DNA of 64,000 nucleotides from an uncultured Candidatus Binatia bacterium (GTDB lineage Bacteria; Desulfobacterota; Binatia; Bin18): NCBI GenBank assembly GCA_965204455.1, contig CBDBEO010000006.1, positions 12,980 to 76,979 of the forward strand, read 5' to 3'. Shown piece by piece: positions 57,921 to 64,000 of this stretch (position 1 is its first letter; each line of letters starts with the position of its first letter). The notes under the pieces were generated by a model. It saw only the letters and a program-made list of their open reading frames with translations, ran no database searches and was not told where the DNA came from. The position numbers and the translations under genes were made by a program.

Positions 57921-58154
57921 TCATCCCTCCTTCCGTCTGGCCTGCTTCCGGGCCTCGTGCTCCTCCCGGCCACGGCGTACCGCGTCAACATGAGAGTCGT
58001 AGAGGGCCAGGGCCTGCGCCTCGGTCATCCCCCACTCGCCTGCATGAGCCGGCAGACAGGGCCGGCAAAAGCGGCTGTAGGTTTCCGTCAATCCAAAGAA
58101 GCCGATCCACCGGTTCACGATTTCCGTCTTCGCGCCGCAATCTTCACACGTCAT
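57921..58154 (-). CDS. Small zinc-finger protein
   Basis: CEDC..CRPC; GAGG RBS. Confidence 0.55.
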   Translation of the reverse strand: MTCEDCGAKTEIVNRWIGFFGLTETYSRFCRPCLPAHAGEWGMTEAQALALYDSHVDAVRRGREEHEARKQARRKEG

Positions 58155-58323
58155 GGCTTCCCCTCCTCATTCTCCTCGGGCGCGCCGGCGGCCGCGCCAA
58201 AGATCACGGCAATCAGCACCACATACGGCCACACAATGTGTACGATCTCCGTCCGCATAGCGTCGGTCCCTCCTCGCTGCGCGCCGCGTCACCGGGCTGG
58301 CCTGGGCGGCCGGCCGCGCGGGG

Positions 58324-58701
58324 TTAGCGTTTCCAGGTCGTGATGTCCTCCTGCCCCTCTGTGTTGGTGGTCCGGTACTCGACCTTCCCATCCCGGACCT
58401 CGACCCGCCCGCCTGCGCCTCCCAGGCCCTGCGGCCAGGTGTCGCGCAGGAGCGCCGCCAGCTCCGCGTCGCTGTCCGCGTCGCGGCCGGCGATACGCTG
58501 CCGGATAAAGGCATCCACCCGGGCGGCCTCGCTGTCGGCTTCCAACGCCTCCACGCTCAGCGTGTCGCCATCGTCCAGCGCCCACAGGCTGTCCGCCTCG
58601 GCGGCCAGGTCATACAGGCTCAGGCTGCCGGTCGGGTGGTCCAGGATGAGGCGGTAGGTCGCCCCTCCGGGCATGGTCAGGGTGATACGGTACGTGGTCA
58701 T
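58324..58701 (-). CDS. Hypothetical acidic protein
   Basis: AGGAGG RBS; N-terminus resembles that of 52166-52480. Confidence 0.6.
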   Translation of the reverse strand: MTTYRITLTMPGGATYRLILDHPTGSLSLYDLAAEADSLWALDDGDTLSVEALEADSEAARVDAFIRQRIAGRDADSDAELAALLRDTWPQGLGGAGGRVEVRDGKVEYRTTNTEGQEDITTWKR

Positions 58702-58721
58702 CGCGTCTGCCTCCTTTTGGG

Positions 58722-59495
58722 TTATGGGTTAATGCCGGTAATCTCCGGCAAGGGCTTTTTGCTCATGCTCAGGGTGAAGCCGAGCCGCTGTTCGAGCGCG
58801 GCATAGCGGCGGTACAGGTTGGGTTTGAGCTGGGCGGCCGTCCGTAAGTCCTGGGTGCTCGCCATGATGCAAAACACGCAACTCAAGCGGCTCATGCCGG
58901 CCTGATAGGCCCAGTGTGGCCGCTGGCCGGCCGCCTCAATCTCGGCGAAGACCTCCGGCTTGCTCAACTCGTGGATGGGCAGCCAGTCGTACCAGGTCCG
59001 CCCGTTCTTGCTGTTCCGCTCGCTCTTGGTGAAGGTCTGGAGCTTGGACCGGGCCGGGCTTTCCTCCGCCCGAAAGCCCAAGCAGTTGACCACCTGGCCC
59101 CGGTACTCGGGGTGCTCGTGCAGAAAGCGCCGGATAAACGTCTCAATCGGGCCGCGTTTCAGGTCGCTGGTGCATTGGCGGTAGCTCGGGCTGGGAAACA
59201 TCCCGCGCTGCTCGGCCATGTCCAGCAAGCTCTTGGCGGCGGCCACGTAGTAGACCGGGTGCGTGGTAGTCGCCTCGATATGCTCGGGGATACCCGGCCA
59301 GTCTACTTCGTGCAGAATCGCATGGACGACAATCAACTGCCGGGCCGGGATCAGGGGCGCCAGGCGCACATACATGGCCTGACTGTCCTTCCCCCCGCTG
59401 TGGTTCAGCACAAACAAAAAGCCCGCCTCGATCAGCCGGCGAATGGCGGCCCGCTCGTCGGCCTGGCCGGTGTCAAACATGCTGAGCTGCTTCAT
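58722..59495 (-). CDS. PAPS-reductase-family protein, copy 2
   Basis: Near-identical to 50114-50887. Confidence 0.9.
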   Translation of the reverse strand: MKQLSMFDTGQADERAAIRRLIEAGFLFVLNHSGGKDSQAMYVRLAPLIPARQLIVVHAILHEVDWPGIPEHIEATTTHPVYYVAAAKSLLDMAEQRGMFPSPSYRQCTSDLKRGPIETFIRRFLHEHPEYRGQVVNCLGFRAEESPARSKLQTFTKSERNSKNGRTWYDWLPIHELSKPEVFAEIEAAGQRPHWAYQAGMSRLSCVFCIMASTQDLRTAAQLKPNLYRRYAALEQRLGFTLSMSKKPLPEITGINP

Positions 59496-59890
59496 GCGCC
59501 CATCCCCCGCTCTTTCTTGAGGCATTGGGTCCAGCTGCCGCGCTCCGCGATCAGCGCCTTGGCGGCTGCCGTGTCGATCTTCCGGGCCACACAACGCCGG
59601 ACATGCCGCTCGATCTGCGGCCCCTCTACGCCGTTGTTCAGGTAGGTGGCCACCGCGCGGCAAAAGCCCCGCACGGTGAGGTCCATCCGGTGGCTGTTGC
59701 AGGTGTGGCAGGCTGTGACCAAGTTGCTCGCATCGTTCGTACCGCCCTTGCTGACGGGCCGCACATGGTCCAGGGTCAACTGCGCGCCGTCCTCCACCCC
59801 GTGCCCGCAATACACACACGCCAGGCCATCCCGCAGGTAGATAGCGAGACGTTTGGGGCGTCGTATCCAGTTCATACCGTGGCGATTCAT
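59492..59890 (-). CDS. Small HNH endonuclease, copy 2
   Basis: RDGLACVYCG..LTLDH..NLVTACHTCN. Confidence 0.9.
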   Translation of the reverse strand: MNRHGMNWIRRPKRLAIYLRDGLACVYCGHGVEDGAQLTLDHVRPVSKGGTNDASNLVTACHTCNSHRMDLTVRGFCRAVATYLNNGVEGPQIERHVRRCVARKIDTAAAKALIAERGSWTQCLKKERGMGA

Positions 59891-59894
59891 GGGA

Positions 59895-60250
59895 AACCTC
59901 CGAACAAAAAAGAAGACGTTTTTTCCCGGTTCTCACCCTCAGATCGGACCGGGAAAAAACGGGCTGACGGCCCGGAGGGCCACCCGCTTCCGCCAGCCTC
60001 CTGCCCGCGCGACCCGTGACACGCTTTGCGTGGCGCGGGGGGCGCAAGGAGGCGCTGTCTTGTGGGGAGTATGCGCAGCCGTGACAGGCGAAGCCTGGCG
60101 TGGGTGCTTGGGTGGGAGCTATCGGCGTGGTGTGCCCGCAACAACGTGCAGGGCGCACCACGCCTCAGACTGCCGGCGCCCGGGGCGGGCTGGCCGGCCG
60201 CAGCCTGCGGAGGATCGGACACGGCCGGCCGGGGCAGCCGGCCACCGCTG
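59895..60250. repeat. Family A repeat, copy 5
   Basis: All family A blocks present; abuts the HNH RBS. Confidence 0.92.
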
Positions 60251-60719
60251 GTCTGGATCGGAGTGCAGCAGGGCGCGATTGGCCCGGCCAGCTCGGGCCT
60301 AGCTTGGCCAGCGCAGGGGGTGAGACTTGAGGTCCGGCCGACGGCCAGCATCTCCGACCAAGGGTGGGGAGCTGGACGCCGCCTTTGCGACGGCCAGCTC
60401 GGCCCTCACTACCTATTCTGTGGTGAGGGCCTGAGTATAGGACCCGCCGATTGCGGGCCGTACAGACGAGTCTTGGCGGGCGGTTTTTGCCGGCGAAGGC
60501 CAAAGCCATGGGTGTGGCCGGTTCCTGGCACAATAGGCCAGGAACGCCGGCACACGACTGGAATAGGGGAGCAGACGCGCCACCGAATAAGGCCCTGACA
60601 AGCCAAAGTGTCGGGGGATGCGGGGCAGGTGGGGTGGGGAAGGACGGCGGCCTAGTCGAAGCCCTGGCCGCGTTCGCGGCCGCCGCCGAGTTGGTCGAGC
60701 GCGGCGGCTTGGTCGTGGA

Positions 60720-61052
60720 TTACCGCGCGCGGATGCCGATCATGTCCCGCTCAAGGCTGGCGTCGGGCGGGCCGAGCCGGCACGAGCGACACACCGTAGA
60801 GGCACCTTCGGCTGGCGTCATTGCCTGGTCGCACGCCTCGCAGCAGCGCAGGTCGGAGACCCTGGCTTGGCAATCGGAATCAGCGGGGATCGCATCCGTG
60901 CACACAACGAGCCCGAGCCCGGCCCAGGTATACCCGTATCTCAACACGCCGCACGCCTCGCACCGGCTGAGATCATGGAAAACATCCCCCACCATCCGTA
61001 CCGATGGCTGTGCAACTTTCCACTCATGCTGACACGATGCGATGTCGCTCAT
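60720..61052 (-). CDS. Cys-rich zinc-finger protein
   Basis: C-terminus shared with 52166-52480; different Cys/His N-terminus. Confidence 0.6.
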   Translation of the reverse strand: MSDIASCQHEWKVAQPSVRMVGDVFHDLSRCEACGVLRYGYTWAGLGLVVCTDAIPADSDCQARVSDLRCCEACDQAMTPAEGASTVCRSCRLGPPDASLERDMIGIRAR

Positions 61053-61109
61053 ACGCGCCTCCTGCAGAGGACAAAAAAAAGGGCGGGGCCTGCGCCCCGC
61101 CCGTAGCCC

Positions 61110-61487
61110 CTAGAAGGGCACATCGTCAGGCTCTTCGCCCTGGCCGCCGCCGTTGCCGTTCTTGCCCCCCAAGAACTGTACCTGGTGGGCAACAATCTCG
61201 GTGACGTAGCGCTTCACGCCCTCTCGGTCCTCATAGCTGCGGGTCTGCAAGCGCCCCTCAACCAACACCTGGCGGCCTTTAGCGAGGTACTGCCCGCACG
61301 TCTCGCCGAGCTGCCCCCATACCACCACCTGATGCCATTCGGTCCGCTCTTGGCGGTCCTCCCCCTGGCCCCAGGCGTCGGTCGTCGCGACCGAGAAATT
61401 GGCGACCGCCTTGCCGCTCTGCGTCTGGCGGACTTCGGGATCACGGCCCAGGTTCCCCAGGATCATCACTTTATTCATCGAAGCCAT
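61110..61487 (-). CDS. ssb: Single-stranded DNA-binding protein, copy 2
   Basis: Canonical OB-fold motifs; ends DDVPF. Confidence 0.97.
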   Translation of the reverse strand: MASMNKVMILGNLGRDPEVRQTQSGKAVANFSVATTDAWGQGEDRQERTEWHQVVVWGQLGETCGQYLAKGRQVLVEGRLQTRSYEDREGVKRYVTEIVAHQVQFLGGKNGNGGGQGEEPDDVPF

Positions 61488-61574
61488 AGCATACCTCCTC
61501 TGCCGTTGTGGGGCTCACGCCCAGCCATGTTACAAAATCCCCAACCACCAATCGACTCTCGCGCCTCCGTGTGA

Positions 61575-62005
61575 CCCTCCTCTCCACACAAATCACTAAG
61601 TTTTTTTCCCGGCTTTCACCCCCCTTTGAAGCCGGGAAAAAAACGAGTCCAAACGGCGCGTGTGCCCACCGCTTCCGCCAGCCGACTGCCCGCGCCGGCC
61701 GTGACAGGCAAAGCCTGGCGCGGGAGGCGCAAGGAGGCGCTGTCTTGCGGGGTCTTTGTGCAACTGGGACAGGGTGTCCCTGGCGCGAATTGCCGGGGTC
61801 GGGGGGTCTTTGCCGGGCCGCCCGATGTCGCAGCCGTGACAGGGCTTCCCTGGCGCGGGTGCGCGGGCATGGCCCATCGGCGTGGTGTGGCCGCAACGGA
61901 GAGCAGGCCGAACGACGCCTTAGACCGCCGGCGTCCGGGGCGGGCTGGCCGTGACGGAGCCTGCGGAGGATCGGACACGGCTGGCCGGGGCGCCGGTTCC
62001 CGCTG
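61575..62005. repeat. Family A repeat, copy 6 (most diverged, with an internal insertion)
   Basis: Stem variant TTTTTCCCGGCTTT..GAAGCCGGGAAAAA; compensated GGCC/GGCC stem. Confidence 0.88.
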
Positions 62006-62166
62006 GTCTTTACAGGCGGGGGCAGCGTAGGGCCAGGCGCGCCGAGATCCGGCCGGAGGCCAGCATCTCGGCCGCGTCTGGCCGGCAAAGACTAAGCCCT
62101 CAGCTTTGGCCTGGTTCCTGGCTCACGGCCAGGAACGCCAGCGCTGGCTCACGTGGGGCCTGGTCC

Positions 62167-62388
62167 TTAGTGCGCCTCCTCCAGCGCTCCTTTGAAGACG
62201 GCGATGGTGGTAAAGGAGTAGTCCAAGCGCTCGGCCCGAATCGCGCCGTCAATCGTGTCCAGCACGCCGCCGACATGGGGCGCATGAACGTGGAAGATGG
62301 CGGCCTGCATCCCGTCTTCATAGACGCCCACACACGTCCAGATTGGGCCGTCGGTCGGGGTGCCAAAGTCTGCGGGTGGCTGCGGCAT
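62167..62388 (-). CDS. Hypothetical protein
   Basis: Family C RBS. Confidence 0.55.
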   Translation of the reverse strand: MPQPPADFGTPTDGPIWTCVGVYEDGMQAAIFHVHAPHVGGVLDTIDGAIRAERLDYSFTTIAVFKGALEEAH

Positions 62389-62435
62389 CGGTCGTTCCTC
62401 CTGCGCCCCGCACGGGGCGCTGCTCGGGGTTAGCC

Positions 62436-62960
62436 CTAAGCGGGCAGATAGAGCACAAGCCCGTTCAGGGAATGAACGGTGCGGTGCATGGCGAACATCA
62501 CCAACAAATTGCCGTCAAGCGGGTAAGTCACCCCCTTGTCGGCGATAGTCTCCCGGCTGGCCGGATCGGGGCTCCAATAGATCGGCGTCCCGGCTGCCCC
62601 GTTCGGAGTCGGCGTGGCAGGCCGGCCGAGCTGGGCGCGGGCGGTCGCATCCCGCACGGCGGCCTCGGCCGTATAAAACAGATGCATGGTGAGGGCGTAG
62701 CGGATGCCCCGGCACAGGTGGATACCGTCGTCCTCCTCCATCGCCTCTCGCGCGTCAAAGTCAGTCGTATCGAGTACGAGCAGGTTGTCCGCAAACAACC
62801 GAGCCAGGTCGGCATCCTCGGTCGGGACACAGCCCTCCGCAATGGCATAGACCGCGCCGGCCCGAGCCTCGGGGGTCAGCGCAAAGAGGCGGGGGGAAGC
62901 GGCCTGCGCCCGTTGCCAGACTCGGCGTTCTAAGGTGTGCAGTTGTGGGCAGCTCATCAC
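62436..62960 (-). CDS. Hypothetical protein
   Basis: Family C RBS. Confidence 0.55.
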   Translation of the reverse strand: MMSCPQLHTLERRVWQRAQAASPRLFALTPEARAGAVYAIAEGCVPTEDADLARLFADNLLVLDTTDFDAREAMEEDDGIHLCRGIRYALTMHLFYTAEAAVRDATARAQLGRPATPTPNGAAGTPIYWSPDPASRETIADKGVTYPLDGNLLVMFAMHRTVHSLNGLVLYLPA

Positions 62961-63009
62961 GTGTTCCTCCTGCGCCCCGCACGGGGCGCTGTTCGGGTGG
63001 GGCCGGGGT

Positions 63010-63348
63010 CTATAGGCCCAGCGCCGTTTTCAGTTTCCCGCGCACATGCTCGGGGGCTTCCTCACGTTTACAGTTGATGCCCATCGCGGCAGCGGTGAGC
63101 CGGACGGCGTCCTCGGTCGGCACGCCGAGCACAGCGGCCATTTCGGTATCGAGCAAGCCGTCGCCGTGGTTCCCGGTCCGCTCGTAGAACATGGCCTGGA
63201 GCAGGCCAAAGCGGCGGTGGATACGTCGGCCTCGGTCCATGCCGGTGTAGTCGAGGAAGTAGTAGCCATCGGTTTCGACCGCCTGCCAGTACGGCGAAGC
63301 GGCCAAGGCTGCGAGCTGTGTCACAAGAGAGCTGAGGGTGGTCGCCAT
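63010..63348 (-). CDS. Hypothetical protein
   Basis: AGGAGG RBS; fits the operon. Confidence 0.55.
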   Translation of the reverse strand: MATTLSSLVTQLAALAASPYWQAVETDGYYFLDYTGMDRGRRIHRRFGLLQAMFYERTGNHGDGLLDTEMAAVLGVPTEDAVRLTAAAMGINCKREEAPEHVRGKLKTALGL

Positions 63349-63359
63349 CGCGTCCTCCT

Positions 63360-63587
63360 TTAACGGCGGCGGTTCTTGACAACGCGCGCGGGCGCGGGCT
63401 GTCCTGTCTCAATGAACACAAAGGAGCCGATGCCCTGGGGCACATCCCCTGCCTTGATGCCGCAACTCCAGCCATCGGCAGCCTCGGAGATATGGCCGGC
63501 CAGGTACACGAAAGTTCCCCATCCCGCAAAGACGATGGCGGAATAGGTCAGGGACGTTTCGGCTAGCCTGGGTGTACGGCGGGTCAT
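63360..63587 (-). CDS. Hypothetical protein (paralog of 56172-56393)
   Basis: First gene after family A copy 7. Confidence 0.7.
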   Translation of the reverse strand: MTRRTPRLAETSLTYSAIVFAGWGTFVYLAGHISEAADGWSCGIKAGDVPQGIGSFVFIETGQPAPARVVKNRRR

Positions 63588-63591
63588 AGGC

Positions 63592-63952
63592 TCCTCCTCT
63601 GCGCAAAAAAAGAAGATGTTTTTTCCCGGTTCTCACCCCAGACTCGGACCGGGAAAAAACAGCCTGGACGGCGCTTGCGCCTACCGCTTCCGCCAGCCTC
63701 CTGCCCGCGCCGGCCGTGACAGGCGAAGCCTGGCGCGGAAGGCGCAAGGAGGCGCTGTCTTGTGGGGAGTATGCGCAGCCGTGACAGGGTGTCCCTGGCG
63801 CGGGTGCTTGGGGGTGGGCCATCGGCGTGGTGTGTCCGCAACAACGTGCAGGGCGCACGACGCCTCAGACTGCCGCCGCCCGGGGCGGGCTGGCCGGCCG
63901 CAGCCTGCGGAGTGCCGGACACGGCCGGCCGGGGCGCTCGGCTACCGCTGGT
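63592..63952. repeat. Family A repeat, copy 7
   Basis: All family A blocks present. Confidence 0.92.
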
Positions 63953-64000
63953 CTTTCCGGGGGACGCGACAGAGGGCGGCAGCGCCCAACAGAGGGCGGC

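Overview
High-GC window that reads as most of one conjugative plasmid or ICE-like element. Host is not identifiable; the GLUG/Calx-beta/RTX protein and gene style suggest a host-associated, possibly sponge-associated, bacterium (inference). Layout: (1) 1-14.1 kb, defence/cargo island: C5 DNA methyltransferase, paraMORC-histidine kinase, receiver-domain protein, RHH regulator, McrA-like HNH, an intact IS1595, TA and ATPase pseudogenes, TPR and NERD proteins. (2) 14.2-18 kb, ParA, a wHTH partner carrying DNA repeats inside its gene, and a RepA-like initiator. (3) 18.2-22.6 kb, an RTX adhesin and a Cre-like recombinase bracketed by two inverted lox-like sites. (4) 23.7-43.5 kb, a VirB2-B11/VirD4 T4SS, two pentapeptide-repeat proteins with a shared C-terminal tail, a MOBP relaxase, MobC and an RP4-type oriT. 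(5) 43.5-64 kb, a leading region whose credible genes (ardC, two ssb, two HNH + PAPS-reductase-like pairs, two HExxH proteases, many small ORFs) are all on the minus strand. Gene clusters there are headed by long repeats; the G-T wobble pattern of the largest family indicates folding on the + (transferred) strand. Start codons were re-picked by eye from RBS and overlap; family calls are motif recognition, not database hits.
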